The translations under genes were made by a program, and so were the position numbers. The notes beneath the pieces are model-generated. The model made no database searches. It was given only the letters and a program-made list of their open reading frames with translations, and was not told the DNA's origin. From a virus (taxonomy: Duplodnaviria > Caudoviricetes), in the IMG/VR virus record IMGVR_UViG_3300010352_000625, positions 96,001 to 160,000 of that record: a stretch of 64,000 nt of DNA. One strand, written 5' to 3'. This document shows, in pieces, positions 1 to 12,300 of the stretch; the stretch's first letter is position 1, and each line of letters starts with the position of its first letter.

Positions 1-2805
1 GACTATTATTTATTACAAGATGAGAATGGATATTATATTAAGTTTTTATCTACTAGCACAAACGTTTTAAAAACTGGGTTAACATTTAAGGTTAATTATT
101 CATGGTATTTACCACGAATAGATTTAGTATATATTAGTAATCATGGTATACCAACAGTTAAAAATGGTATAGCAAATGATGAGAATAATTTAACAGAACC
201 TGTAGTGCCGGCTGGTTCTTTACCGTTAGCTGTAATATATGTTTTGCCTGATACAGAAGCATATAATTATTATATTAGAAGTTTTAATTTATATAGAGTA
301 CCAGTTGGTCAATTACAAGATATTAAAAAAAGAGTTAATAATTTAGAATATAATGTGGTAATGTCAGATTTAGAAACACAAGTACAAAATAAACATTTAT
401 CTACTGATACAAATGGTGCATATAGTTTAAGAAATATATATACTGATCCAGTTGTTGATTATACTAAATCTGATACACTATCAGAAGATTTTTCAGCCAC
501 AGTAGATATTTTTAGAAAAGCAATTTATTTACCTATGAATATCGACCAGTTAGGTTATGATAAAGCTAAATTTTCTATGTCATATATGCTTGGTAGTAAT
601 ACAATAACAGAAGAAATTGATCCAATAAATAAAAGTGTAATTTCTGCTAGAGATTCTGGTGAAATGATTGCAACCAGTAGTCAAACACATGCAACACATG
701 ATATTGATATTACTCCATATTATTATAAAGGATTAAAACCTACATTAGAATGTGACCCAAATAAACTAGTGTATGTTGAAGATGATCCTAATACTACTGT
801 TATTTGGTTACCTAATAGAGTTATATATAGTACTCATTATGTTGATTCTATAATTAAAGAAACAAATAAAGTTGTATCAAGGATAACAACTGGTACAAGT
901 ACAGTTAGAAATAACAATGGTTCAGGTAATGGAATAAGAAATACATGGGTGTCTACTGGAATTCAATATACTGGCAAAACAGATTATTTATATAATATAG
1001 CAAGAACTTCAACTGAAATAACATCTTCTTCTGTAGAAACAGTTGAGGTTACAAAGAGTGCAATTAGTTTAATTACTCAGCCTTATATGAAAGCGGGACA
1101 AAAAGTAATAGTAAAAGGTAAAGATTTTACTCCTAATACTGAAGTAAGAATTTATTTAGATGAAAAAGTTGTTACAACTGAATTTACAAATACTAGATAT
1201 AATGACACTACACCTCCTATTACAGCACCTTATATTAATGATACACAAATAGATCCAACTTTTGAAACTATTAATTATGTACCTAGACCATGGCAATGGG
1301 CATATCATTTTAATTATAATATAGGTTTATGGAGATTATGGCATCCACTCTGGAACGATAAAGGTATAGAATATTATTATAAATATAATGGTAGAGATTC
1401 TTATGGTATTTATCGCAAAGGTCTTTGGTATTATAAAATATTAGGATTTCATGATACCTTACAAACATTAGATAATCCTCCAAATTGGTGTAAATTTATC
1501 ACAAGAAGTCCGTGGATAGAAGATTCAATCAATGATATAACTGATGAACAGATTAAAGCTGAAATAACATCTGTTAATAATACAGACCCAATAACAGAAG
1601 TAGAATATGAAACAAAATATGCAGAAGCTAAAGTTGCAATTATAACAGATCAAAACGGAGAATTTGAAATAGAAATTGCAATACCAGAAAATACCCCTAC
1701 TGGAACTCATACTGTAACTGCTGAAACTGTACTACCTGAAAATTTTGACCTTGATTACTACAAAGAAGCAACTAGTAGTTTTAAAGGAGAATCATATTTA
1801 AGACATTGGGACACAACTGTTTATAAGCGCATAGTTGAAAATGTAAAACAAACTGTGTATAGAGACGTTACACTTGTTAGATACGTTAATGAAATAGGTA
1901 GAAATGTTAGAGTAATAAACAGAAATGATGGTAATGGTAGAGATAATGGACCAGACCCAGTATTACAAACATTTAAAGTATCATCTGACCAATATTTAAT
2001 TGGAATAGATTTATATTTTAGTAGAGTTGTTGATATTACTGATACAATTACACAACCATGGATTGCAATACGAGAAGTTGAGAATGGTGTGCCAAGTGAT
2101 AGTTTATTATATACACAATTGATTGATAAAAGTATAATAGTTGATGCAGATGATCCTATTACAGGTATTAAAGCATCAAGACCTACATTTATTAAATTTA
2201 ACACACCTATATTTGTTGAAGCAAATAAAACTTATGCATTTACAATTGGTGCAAATCAAGATGGATATCATATTTATTATTCAACTATAGGTAATAGAGA
2301 TTTATCAACGGGAGAAGCCGTATTATATCAAAAACAACAATCAGAAGATGGTGTTATGATGGTATCTTCTAACAATAGTTCATGGACTCCAATGCAAGAT
2401 TCAGACATTAAATATACATTATATAGAGCAGATTATGATGTTAATAATGCAGTAACATTATATATATCTGATGTAGATTCAAAATTACCCAATTTCAGTT
2501 CATTAAATTTAACATTAGGTACAGCAATTTTTGAAAATACTGGAATTGATGTTTATTATACAATTAATCCAGTTGATGTATATAGTAATGCAACTCAATG
2601 GGTTCCAATGACTTTAGAAGAATTGATAGAATTTAATTATTCTGATACTTATAATAATGGAATGAAAGTTGCATTTAAAATTATATTATGGACAGATAAT
2701 CCTATGGTATCACCAGTAGTTAATATTAATAATTTTGAATTGTTCCTGGCTAAGTATTTAACAAGAGGTACATATTCTCAATTAGCATTTGAAATTAGTT
2801 ATTAG
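1..2805 (+). CDS. Large baseplate/tail structural protein (DUF4815-like), 5'-truncated
   Basis: Frame 1 is open from base 1 (DYYLLQDENG...) into the 866-aa ORF. Motifs DPVLQTF..GIDLYF, IREVENGVP, SSNNSSWT..QDSDIK resemble large-myovirus DUF4815 proteins. Confidence 0.7.
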   Translation, partial: DYYLLQDENGYYIKFLSTSTNVLKTGLTFKVNYSWYLPRIDLVYISNHGIPTVKNGIANDENNLTEPVVPAGSLPLAVIYVLPDTEAYNYYIRSFNLYRVPVGQLQDIKKRVNNLEYNVVMSDLETQVQNKHLSTDTNGAYSLRNIYTDPVVDYTKSDTLSEDFSATVDIFRKAIYLPMNIDQLGYDKAKFSMSYMLGSNTITEEIDPINKSVISARDSGEMIATSSQTHATHDIDITPYYYKGLKPTLECDPNKLVYVEDDPNTTVIWLPNRVIYSTHYVDSIIKETNKVVSRITTGTSTVRNNNGSGNGIRNTWVSTGIQYTGKTDYLYNIARTSTEITSSSVETVEVTKSAISLITQPYMKAGQKVIVKGKDFTPNTEVRIYLDEKVVTTEFTNTRYNDTTPPITAPYINDTQIDPTFETINYVPRPWQWAYHFNYNIGLWRLWHPLWNDKGIEYYYKYNGRDSYGIYRKGLWYYKILGFHDTLQTLDNPPNWCKFITRSPWIEDSINDITDEQIKAEITSVNNTDPITEVEYETKYAEAKVAIITDQNGEFEIEIAIPENTPTGTHTVTAETVLPENFDLDYYKEATSSFKGESYLRHWDTTVYKRIVENVKQTVYRDVTLVRYVNEIGRNVRVINRNDGNGRDNGPDPVLQTFKVSSDQYLIGIDLYFSRVVDITDTITQPWIAIREVENGVPSDSLLYTQLIDKSIIVDADDPITGIKASRPTFIKFNTPIFVEANKTYAFTIGANQDGYHIYYSTIGNRDLSTGEAVLYQKQQSEDGVMMVSSNNSSWTPMQDSDIKYTLYRADYDVNNAVTLYISDVDSKLPNFSSLNLTLGTAIFENTGIDVYYTINPVDVYSNATQWVPMTLEELIEFNYSDTYNNGMKVAFKIILWTDNPMVSPVVNINNFELFLAKYLTRGTYSQLAFEISY

Positions 2806-2823
2806 TAAAGGAAGGCTGAATAA

Positions 2824-4785
2824 ATGTCTTTAAATATAACAACAATGAAAACAAGACTTATTTGGAACGAATATCTACCTCATGCTGAGAGTTTAATATA
2901 TCCTTATATAAGTTTCGATAACGGAATATCTTGGATGGATATTAAAGATGAGGTTGATTATTTAAGAAATGTTGGAGAGAGACATCTAAATAATATATCA
3001 ACAAAAAATGGTATTACCGAAATGGATATATCTGTTGGTTTTACTCCTTATTCAATACCAACAATAGAGAAATTAGAATATGTTATGGCTGGTGATGGAG
3101 TATCAACTGAAACTAATTTTATAAGTTCTACCGCAACAACTTATTATTTTGCGATAGGTGCTATAAATTATGATACTCCCGGATTATATAAAGCTGATGA
3201 AACTGAACATATAAGTTATTCCGGTCCTATTAATCCAGATACTAGTGTTCCTTATATGTCTAATGTTAAATCTATAGATATTCCTAATGATGGAAAATAT
3301 TATAATATTAATATTTATGTTAATTATCCTGAATTTGTTGAAGGATTAGCAATTTATTATGGATTAGCTAATACATCTTTAAATTTAATGTCTATTACAA
3401 ATTTACATCAAAAATTAGATGGTAGTCCTAGTTCTACTGTGATTACAGCAGGTGTTACAACATCTGTAGTTTTAGCAAATATTTTTCCATTTCCAACAGC
3501 TACAGGTACAGTAAAAATAGATAATGAATATTTAGAATATACTGCACAAGAATTTGATGGTACTAATTGGATACTAACATTAAATGCTCCTGCAACTGAA
3601 AACCATAGTGGTGAATCTACGGTTATATACTGTTTACCTGATGATACAAGACAAGTACCAGAAAAAATATACTTTTTTCCAAACACAAACAACATGATTG
3701 AATATATTAATTTTGATGCTAGTAATGTTATTGATTTGGTAGATCACTCTAGTGAAATGGATTATGTATCCCCATCAACCGTAGGAACAATAGAATATTC
3801 AACTTTCATGAGTAAATTTAGACAAAGTTATAAATTAGTTGGTAACACATGTATAAGAACAAATTTATCAGCTACTAATAGAAATGCAATTAAAGATACT
3901 GGCTCAATACATTTTTATTTAGCATTATCTTCTTTTGATGATAGTAATACAGACCCTTACATATTTGGAACTTATGATACAACAGGATTATATTGTAGAA
4001 TAAGTAAATTTAATTCTAAACCTTATTTAGGTTTTAGATTTGTTGAAGGTACTGAAATAGTTGATACTACTATATTTAGTTTTGAAGATTTTAGAATTCC
4101 TGTATTGAAAAAAAGTGAATTTAGTGATATAGGAATAGCATGGTCAAAAGACACTGATAATAATATGATATTCTATCTTGTAATTGATGGTATAACTAGT
4201 ATTCAAACTAAGACAACTATTTCATCTACAGATTTTGATTTAGGTGCAATAGATATAGGTGGTTTATATAATGGGTCAAGTGTTGTAAATAGCTTTGTAG
4301 GTTATTTAGATGATTGGAGAATATATAATAAGAATTTAGCTGACGGTAGTTATAATATTATGTTTGCTGATATAAACAAAAATCATTACCAAGATATTAA
4401 TAGATTTGCAGGTAAAATAAAATTAGGAACTGAATTTATTGATGTTGATGCAACATTAGCTAGCTATGATACAGCTTCAGCAATGAATTTATTATCTGAC
4501 GAAACTGCAAGTGGTGGAGATACATATTATACCCCTGCATTTTATACTAATGTTTCTTTACCTTATAGTGCTACATATGAAATCGATGAGCCTTTAGTTA
4601 AATATGATAATTGGGTAATATCTAGTTATATAGCAGGTGGTTGGACTAGTTTAGTTACTAATATTACATATCCAGTGAGACCGGAAACAATTAAAATTAA
4701 ATATGAATTATTAGATGATAATACTGGATTTTATACTCCTATTTTAGGCAATCCATCAGTAATAATCTCAGAAATGACAGTGTAG
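2824..4785 (+). CDS. Virion structural protein with LamG-like domain
   Basis: 653 aa; IGG...FVGYLDDWRIYN LamG-type motif; lies in the structural operon. Confidence 0.6.
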   Translation: MSLNITTMKTRLIWNEYLPHAESLIYPYISFDNGISWMDIKDEVDYLRNVGERHLNNISTKNGITEMDISVGFTPYSIPTIEKLEYVMAGDGVSTETNFISSTATTYYFAIGAINYDTPGLYKADETEHISYSGPINPDTSVPYMSNVKSIDIPNDGKYYNINIYVNYPEFVEGLAIYYGLANTSLNLMSITNLHQKLDGSPSSTVITAGVTTSVVLANIFPFPTATGTVKIDNEYLEYTAQEFDGTNWILTLNAPATENHSGESTVIYCLPDDTRQVPEKIYFFPNTNNMIEYINFDASNVIDLVDHSSEMDYVSPSTVGTIEYSTFMSKFRQSYKLVGNTCIRTNLSATNRNAIKDTGSIHFYLALSSFDDSNTDPYIFGTYDTTGLYCRISKFNSKPYLGFRFVEGTEIVDTTIFSFEDFRIPVLKKSEFSDIGIAWSKDTDNNMIFYLVIDGITSIQTKTTISSTDFDLGAIDIGGLYNGSSVVNSFVGYLDDWRIYNKNLADGSYNIMFADINKNHYQDINRFAGKIKLGTEFIDVDATLASYDTASAMNLLSDETASGGDTYYTPAFYTNVSLPYSATYEIDEPLVKYDNWVISSYIAGGWTSLVTNITYPVRPETIKIKYELLDDNTGFYTPILGNPSVIISEMTV

Positions 4786-4800
4786 GATGGTGTTATATTT

Positions 4801-5052
4801 ATGATAAAACAAAGAGATAAAAAAACGGGAGCAATTAGTTTTATACCTACAGCTGAAGATTTAGAAAAAAATAGATTAAATATCAGATTAGATGAAATGG
4901 AAAGAAAAATAAAGTATCTTGAAAATTTAATTATAGATATTAAAAAAGAAGATATTGTTGATGAACCTAAAGTTGAATCTGTTGAATCAACAACTAAAAC
5001 AAAAAGAAAAAATAAAACAAAATCTATAGTTGGAGATATTAATAATGACTAA
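4801..5052 (+). CDS. Small coiled-coil protein (RDxxTGAI motif) of baseplate operon
   Basis: 83 aa; QRDKKTGAI followed by a coiled coil. Confidence 0.5.
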   Translation: MIKQRDKKTGAISFIPTAEDLEKNRLNIRLDEMERKIKYLENLIIDIKKEDIVDEPKVESVESTTKTKRKNKTKSIVGDINND

Positions 5053-6181
5053 TTTACAAGTGAAAATAAAAAAAGACGTTTCTTTTCGTGATGTATTAAA
5101 TGATTTTGATAAAGTATTAACATCTATATCTGATATTATTAAATTAGATTTAAGTAATACTCTTGAATACCCAACATTAGAAGTTACTGGTGATATGTCT
5201 AGTGTTGGTATTGTTGCTATATCTACAGAAAAATTAGCAACGCCAAGAAATATTAATATTGTTGGAGAACTTTTAGGAACATCTTCATTTGATGGAACTA
5301 GTGATGTTAATATTAATACAAGAGTAGTTAAATTATATAATACAAATATAGATAATATATTTGAAAATATTGATGGAAATATATATAGCAAATATGCGGT
5401 AAATGCCACTACTAGTGGATTAGCAACAAGTGCCACATCTGCTCTTAGTGCTGAATCATCAACTAATAATATATTCACTATACCTAAAGATGGTGTTACA
5501 GTTGGTGGGGCTTTACATTTAGAAGGTACTGGCACAAATAAAACAATTGCTATAGAGAACAATAATCAAGTATTACAAATATATGGTGTTGATTTAACTG
5601 GTGGAAATACATTAACATATAATCCAAATAGCGGAGAATTGTCAGCATTAACTTTTAATGGTACAGCAACTAATTCAAATAAAATAGCAGGGGTTACATG
5701 TAACAATGAATTAACACCACCTACTGGTACAGATAGATTAAATGTTGAGGGTTATATATATGCAACTAGAACTTATGTAACCGAAAGTTCCGACTATGCT
5801 GAATGTTTTGATAGTAATGGATTAAAATATGATGAAGTTAAAAATAGAATAGTTGAAGTTGATGAGAATGGTAATTTACAATTAGGAACATTTGCTAGTA
5901 AACGTGTTATAGGTATAGTATCAGATAATTATGGACATCTATTGAATGGTTCAGAAGATGAAATTAAAAATGGAACTAAAATACCTATAGGATTAGCTGG
6001 GGTACTTTATGTGGATTCCAAAGATAAAGTTGAAAAAGATAATATTGGAAATCTAATATGTTCTGATAATGATGGTTATGCTAAGATTCTATTCTATCCA
6101 ACTTTTGGAATAAACGTAGGTAAAATTATAGGTGTAGACGAAGAAAATAATAGATATAAAGTTTTGATAAGTTTATTATAA
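5030..6181 (+). CDS. Tail fibre protein with C-terminal intramolecular chaperone-like domain
   Basis: KLATPRNI...FDGTSDV fibre repeat; SDYAECF...IGIVS...PIGLAG chaperone motif; paralog of 14699-15922. Confidence 0.7.
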   Translation: MEILIMTNLQVKIKKDVSFRDVLNDFDKVLTSISDIIKLDLSNTLEYPTLEVTGDMSSVGIVAISTEKLATPRNINIVGELLGTSSFDGTSDVNINTRVVKLYNTNIDNIFENIDGNIYSKYAVNATTSGLATSATSALSAESSTNNIFTIPKDGVTVGGALHLEGTGTNKTIAIENNNQVLQIYGVDLTGGNTLTYNPNSGELSALTFNGTATNSNKIAGVTCNNELTPPTGTDRLNVEGYIYATRTYVTESSDYAECFDSNGLKYDEVKNRIVEVDENGNLQLGTFASKRVIGIVSDNYGHLLNGSEDEIKNGTKIPIGLAGVLYVDSKDKVEKDNIGNLICSDNDGYAKILFYPTFGINVGKIIGVDEENNRYKVLISLL

Positions 6182-6197
6182 GGTGGATTAATAATAA

Positions 6198-6647
6198 ATG
6201 GCTAAATTAACAAATACAATTATAGAAGGAACATTACAAGTTGAACAAGATGCTTTAGTAACAGGTGATTTAACTTGTATGGAATATATTAATACTAAAG
6301 GTATCAGATATAGTTATTTAGATTTAGGTGCTAAATCTGATAATTTTATTATAGATTGTGATACTGCTAGTGCTGTAAAATTCACTGTAGCGGCGGATTT
6401 AACAGTAGGATTAACAACTACATCACCTGAATCAATGACAAAAGAGATGTTGTTGATTATAAATAATGGTGGGGCATATACTCTAACTTGGCCCGCTAGT
6501 ATTACATGGGTTAAAGGTGTTGAACCTGTTTTAAGTGCTAGTGGAACAGATGTTATATCATTGATTTTATTAGGTGATAGTGTAACTTGGTTGGGCAGTT
6601 TAAATACATCAGGTTCTATATTTATCGATGGTGGTACATGGGATTAA
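6198..6647 (+). CDS. Tail-fibre-associated beta-sandwich protein
   Basis: GGAYTLTWPASITW..G.EP.LSASGTDVISL motif common in phage fibre domains. Confidence 0.55.
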   Translation: MAKLTNTIIEGTLQVEQDALVTGDLTCMEYINTKGIRYSYLDLGAKSDNFIIDCDTASAVKFTVAADLTVGLTTTSPESMTKEMLLIINNGGAYTLTWPASITWVKGVEPVLSASGTDVISLILLGDSVTWLGSLNTSGSIFIDGGTWD

Positions 6648-6674
6648 TATGATATGTTAGGTTGTGATTAATTA

Positions 6675-9290
6675 ATGGCATTACATGAAATATATACTGC
6701 ACAGGATTTAAAAGATTTTAGAGATTTAGTAAATGCTGGCAATTTAACTGAATCAGCTATATTAATGAATGATATAGATTTAGCTGGCAATGATTCAGAT
6801 CAATGGATTCCGATTGCAAGTCAAGCTAGTAGACAATGGCCAGAATATACTGGAACTTTTGATGGGAACGGTTATAAGATAAGCGGATTGTATATTAACA
6901 GATCAACAGTTTTAGATGAATATGGAGAACCAGATTATGATATAGATGATTGTGCGTTTATTGGTCAATTAGTTGATGAAGGGATTGTTAAAAATCTTAC
7001 ACTTGAAGGTTATATTTTAGGTGGATGGTGGTCAGTTGCAGGATTCGTAGGAGAATTATGGGGCGGTAAAATAATAAATTGTATAAACAAAGTTATTATA
7101 ACTGGTCCTGAAGATGGAGACACTCTAGGTGGAATAGCCGGTTGTTGTGGGTGGGGAAACACTATCCCTAGAAATTCTGAAATAGCAAATTGCACAAATG
7201 ACGCTAATGTTGGAATTGAAATAGGTAGTGGTGCTTTTGGTGGAATTATTGGTTTTGGTAATGGTTGTAGTATAACTAATTGCATTAATAACGGAAATGT
7301 TTTTGGTGGAAGTTATGCTGTAGCTGGTATTTCTGGAGATAATAATAGAAGTGTCATCGACAATTGTGTTAATACAGGTAATATAACAGGTACATTTGGT
7401 ACTTACGATTGTGAAGTTGCAGGCATAGCTAGTTATTGTGATGATGAGAGTATCATTAGTAATTGTGTTAATACGGGTACTATAACTGGACTAGATTATG
7501 TAGCTGGGATAACTGATCGTATTCGTGGTGATGCTCAAATAAAAAATTGTGTTAATGAAGGTACAATTGTTTGTGAAGGGACATATTATGGTTCAATTTG
7601 TGGTGAATTAGATATCCCTATTACTACAACCTACGGTGATGATTTTTCTGTATCCTTTACATTAAATGACGGTAATATTGATATGGGAACAGTTTATCCA
7701 AATTATAAACATTATTATGAAGATGTAACACCAACTGGAACGATTCATGAAATTTATACAGCTCAAGATTTAATTGATTTTAGAGATTATGTTAATGCTG
7801 GTCATTTTACAGAATCAGCTATTTTGATGAATGATATAGATTTGAATGGATCTAGTTCTAACCAATTTTGGCCCACCATTGCAGGATATATAATTGATTC
7901 CCCTTATAACGGAACTTACTATAATGGAACTTTTGATGGTAATTATCATTCAATTAGTGGGATTTACATTGATGATACCTTATCCCATGGATATGAGTGT
8001 GTGGCATTTATATGTTTAGCAGGAGATCAAGCAATTATTAAAAATTTAACATTATGGGGGAATGTAACACTTAGTGGATACTTATCTGCTGGTTTTGTAA
8101 GTGTTGGTAAAGGTTGCAATATTATAAATTGTGTTAATAATATTAATATAACCTGTAGTGGTAGTGATATTTATGTTGCAGGAATTGTTAGTTCTTTATT
8201 CCCCCCAGTATCAAACAAATTACCGTTAATACTTAATTGCGTGAATAATGGTGATATAAATGCTCCTAATGGTTCTGGTGTTAGTGGTATCGTATGTCAG
8301 GTACGACAAAATAATTTAAACATTATAAATTGTGTAAATACTGGTAGACTAACAGGTTACGCATATGTTGCTGGCATCTATGCAGAAGATATTGGTGATT
8401 ATATAATAAAATCTATAAACATTATAAATTGTGGAAATACTGGTCATATAATATCTAACGGTACATCATGGAGCCCATGCGCCGGTATTGCTATATCAGG
8501 ACACGCTTACAATTGTGTAAACACTGGTATAATAGATGGTAATGAATATTTGGGTGGTATTCTTTGTTGGGGTACAGCCGCAAATTGTATCAGCACAGGA
8601 TTAATTAGATATCATGGGACTGATAATATAGGATACGGTAATATATTTGCATACGTAACAAATTTAAATCCATCTCTAAATTATAATAATTATTATTTAC
8701 CTATAGAAAATCCTTCTGATACAATACAGGGTACGAATTTTGGTTATGTTGATAGCGTTACAAATACAGGCGTTGCTACTGTAGCTGGGATTATAGAAAT
8801 AATTCTACGTGATGGTATTGATGGACCCGCTATTATACCATTGGCTACATGTCATCTTTATGATGATCCTGGTAATACATATTATGAAATTTTAAATTCT
8901 GAGTATACTAATGGTGCTACAACTGTTGTAATGGACAATGTATCTTCTAATGGGGATTACCCAGATAATAATTTCTATTTGAATACGTCTTGTAATAGAG
9001 CTGGAATAAATAAAAATACAGGAAATTCCATTATGACAACAATAGAAAATGCGTTTGAAACATATACAGAAGGAAACGCTCCGAATGTTGCATCATCAAT
9101 AGAAGATTTTAGAACAAATAAAAAAGTTATAACACCAAAAATATACCCAGATATTAATACTGATATTACAGATATAACTTTTAGTAATTGGTCTGTATCA
9201 GATAATACTAGGGCTAGAATAGAAAATGATACTGTAGTATTATTACCACCTACAGTACCTAAAAAAGAAATTATAATTGATAAGTTATAA
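6675..9290 (+). CDS. GLUG/beta-helix repeat adhesin-like virion protein with two internal repeats
   Basis: HEIYTAQDL.DFRD.VNAG..TESAILMNDIDL occurs twice; many NCxNxG.I repeats. Confidence 0.7.
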   Translation: MALHEIYTAQDLKDFRDLVNAGNLTESAILMNDIDLAGNDSDQWIPIASQASRQWPEYTGTFDGNGYKISGLYINRSTVLDEYGEPDYDIDDCAFIGQLVDEGIVKNLTLEGYILGGWWSVAGFVGELWGGKIINCINKVIITGPEDGDTLGGIAGCCGWGNTIPRNSEIANCTNDANVGIEIGSGAFGGIIGFGNGCSITNCINNGNVFGGSYAVAGISGDNNRSVIDNCVNTGNITGTFGTYDCEVAGIASYCDDESIISNCVNTGTITGLDYVAGITDRIRGDAQIKNCVNEGTIVCEGTYYGSICGELDIPITTTYGDDFSVSFTLNDGNIDMGTVYPNYKHYYEDVTPTGTIHEIYTAQDLIDFRDYVNAGHFTESAILMNDIDLNGSSSNQFWPTIAGYIIDSPYNGTYYNGTFDGNYHSISGIYIDDTLSHGYECVAFICLAGDQAIIKNLTLWGNVTLSGYLSAGFVSVGKGCNIINCVNNINITCSGSDIYVAGIVSSLFPPVSNKLPLILNCVNNGDINAPNGSGVSGIVCQVRQNNLNIINCVNTGRLTGYAYVAGIYAEDIGDYIIKSINIINCGNTGHIISNGTSWSPCAGIAISGHAYNCVNTGIIDGNEYLGGILCWGTAANCISTGLIRYHGTDNIGYGNIFAYVTNLNPSLNYNNYYLPIENPSDTIQGTNFGYVDSVTNTGVATVAGIIEIILRDGIDGPAIIPLATCHLYDDPGNTYYEILNSEYTNGATTVVMDNVSSNGDYPDNNFYLNTSCNRAGINKNTGNSIMTTIENAFETYTEGNAPNVASSIEDFRTNKKVITPKIYPDINTDITDITFSNWSVSDNTRARIENDTVVLLPPTVPKKEIIIDKL

Positions 9291-9339
9291 CTACAACTTA
9301 ATTATAGAATAAATAATGTCAGGCTGTGATGAATAACAT

Positions 9340-12300
9340 ATGACAAATTTAAATTACATAGATATCAATTATGATGCAACATTTACAAAAATAGATGATT
9401 CTACAGATTTGGGTACTGTATCTGTAAATAAAACTGTTTATATTGATACTTTATTTGAAGCACCAGTAAATAGAGATTTTTATAGATATATTTTAGATGG
9501 TAATACATTAAATTATAATAAATTTGGTAATGATGCATATATAAGTAATATTAATACTAGAGATATTAATGCAAACTTAGTTAATAGTTTATCTCATTTT
9601 GTTATAAATAAAAATAATTATTATTTCTGTAATTCAGATAATAAAATAAATGCGTATACAAATACTGGAACATTATATTATACAACTGAAAATGATTATA
9701 TTAATATTAAGTCAATGATATTAGGTGTAGGTAATAATATATATGTTAAGTATGATACTAATAAAATTGATTGTTTAGTTGTTTTAGCAAACATGTTAGA
9801 TATTAATTGGACTATTAGCAACGATGATTTTGGTGATTATTTAGCTTCTGATGATAATTATATATATGTTAATAGTATTTCAAATAAAAATCAAATTTAT
9901 GTTATTAATCCTAGACTAGTAAATGAAGGAGATTATATCGATAGAATAATTACTATAACAGGGTTTAGTGCTGAATATGATAGTAATGAACATAAAACTG
10001 TTAAATATATTAAGTGTTATAATAATTATATGTTTTGTTTATTTGGTACAGATAATGATACAAGACCTTCTTATATTTGTAAAATAGATTTAAATGATGA
10101 TAGTATAATATTTAATATTATAATTAGTGATAATTACACTATAGCAACTAGTAATTTATACACTGTTAATAATACAATCTATTTTGCTAAACATAATATA
10201 TTATATAAAATGGATTTAGATATAGTTACTGATAGTCAAAAAATATTTAATGATAATTCAAATATAATTAAAATTGGTAAATATAATGAAGAAGAATTAT
10301 ATATTTTAACTGATAATAATAGATTAGTTATACTTAAATTGAATGATAATGATAATAAAATAGGTAATATTATATATAATTATAATGATAGTAATGATAC
10401 TGATAAAATTTTACTTGATATTGAATTAGATAATAAAAACAATTCATTATATTTTATTTATAATAATTCTATTGAAAATAAATTCCCAAGTCTAATAATA
10501 GATGATAATGGATTAATTGGTAGTCCATGTTATAAATTAGATGGCGGCGGAAGTTATATTGAATTTGAATCAATGCCAATGTCTAATAAAAATTTTAGTA
10601 CTTCTATTAGTTTTAAACCAACTAAAATAAACAATAATAAGAGTGTATTGTTTGGTGGTAGTGATAATTATAATTGGAAAGCAATATGTTGGTCAGATTA
10701 TTTAAATGTATTTTGTTCTATCACTGAAAACGATAATGTTACATCTATAATGCCAGATGATGGTTCAGAAAATTGGTATACTAATGATACTAGAACATTA
10801 CCTGTAGCTAGTTGGAACTCTATTTGTTGGGATAATGTTCATAATTTATTCTATATTGTTTCAAATGATAATAAATTTGCTTATTCTTCAGATGGATTAA
10901 ATTGGTCTTTATTATCAAATGTTCCAAATGATTATGAATGGAATAAAGTATATTTTGCTGAATATATAAATAATATATATGTGATACAAAAAAATTCAAA
11001 TAAATTAATATATAATATGGATGTTAATGGTACATGGAGAGAAATAACATTACCTATTACTTCTGATTGGAAAGATATAACTTATAGAAATTCAGATAAA
11101 TTGTTATTGTTAGTTGATGGAACTAATATAATACAAAATATAAAAAATCATAATGTATTTAATATTATAACTGTTGGTGATACAACACATAAATGGACTA
11201 ATATTATTTATAATAAATATTTAAATAAATTTATTGCTATAGGTAAAAACACAAATAAAATAGCTTACTCATCTAATGGTATAATCTGGGAAATAAAAGA
11301 ATTACCATACATAGATGTTTGGGTTTCTCTTGTCTATGACCCTCATATATTAAATAAATATTTATTATTTAGTGAAAACAATGATACATATTTAATATCA
11401 GATGATTTAATTAACTGGACAACAATTACAGAATTAGATTATTATTATAATATAAAAGATGTTGCAGTTAGTAATAGTAGAATATGTGTATTATTAGGTG
11501 ATGTTGATTTAACCTTTTACCCTACTGGTGGATCAGATGTAGTGATAGATAAGAAACATTGTCTATCACAAAAAAATATATTCAATAGAAATGTAACTAA
11601 ATCAACATTTCAATTATATTTTAGTGAGTATGATAATTTCTTATATGTTTTATATGGTAATTATAAATTTAAATGCTATTTTAAATTAGATAGTAGTAAA
11701 TTAGATGAATGGCAAATCATCTCAGCTATAGTTAATAATAATAATGTTAAAGTTTATTTAGGTGATAAATTAATATCTAATCATAATATTACTGATGATT
11801 TAGATGTTTATAATTATGATATAAATACAGATGATAAAATCTATTTTATTCATAATGGTAATGATACTTTCTATAATATTTATACATTTAGAATAGGTAA
11901 TTCTACATTTAATAATAATGATGATAAAGATTTATATGGTTATGTTAATGATTTCATATTATATAATTATAGTATAACAGAAAAAGAAATAGATGATATT
12001 TCTAAAGTTAAAGTATTACATTGTAGATTTAATTATGATTACACTGAACCTGTTTATGATAATTTAATTCATGATATTAGTTGTTATAAACATAATTTAA
12101 CAGGTAATTCAGATTATATAACCGAAGAAGATTCTTTTAAATTTGATAGTAATAAAAGTTTAACTGTTGCGAATAAAAATTATAATTTCAATAATGATAA
12201 ATTTACATTATCTTTTTGGTATAAAAATAAAACTGATATTAATGATATTGGTAGTAAAATATTAGTGAGTAATTACAATACATTAGACCCTTATATGATG

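Noticed and set aside
6675-9290. Diversity-generating retroelement TR/VR pair
   Set aside because: The repeat is an in-frame domain duplication without adenine-specific differences, and no reverse transcriptase is in the window.
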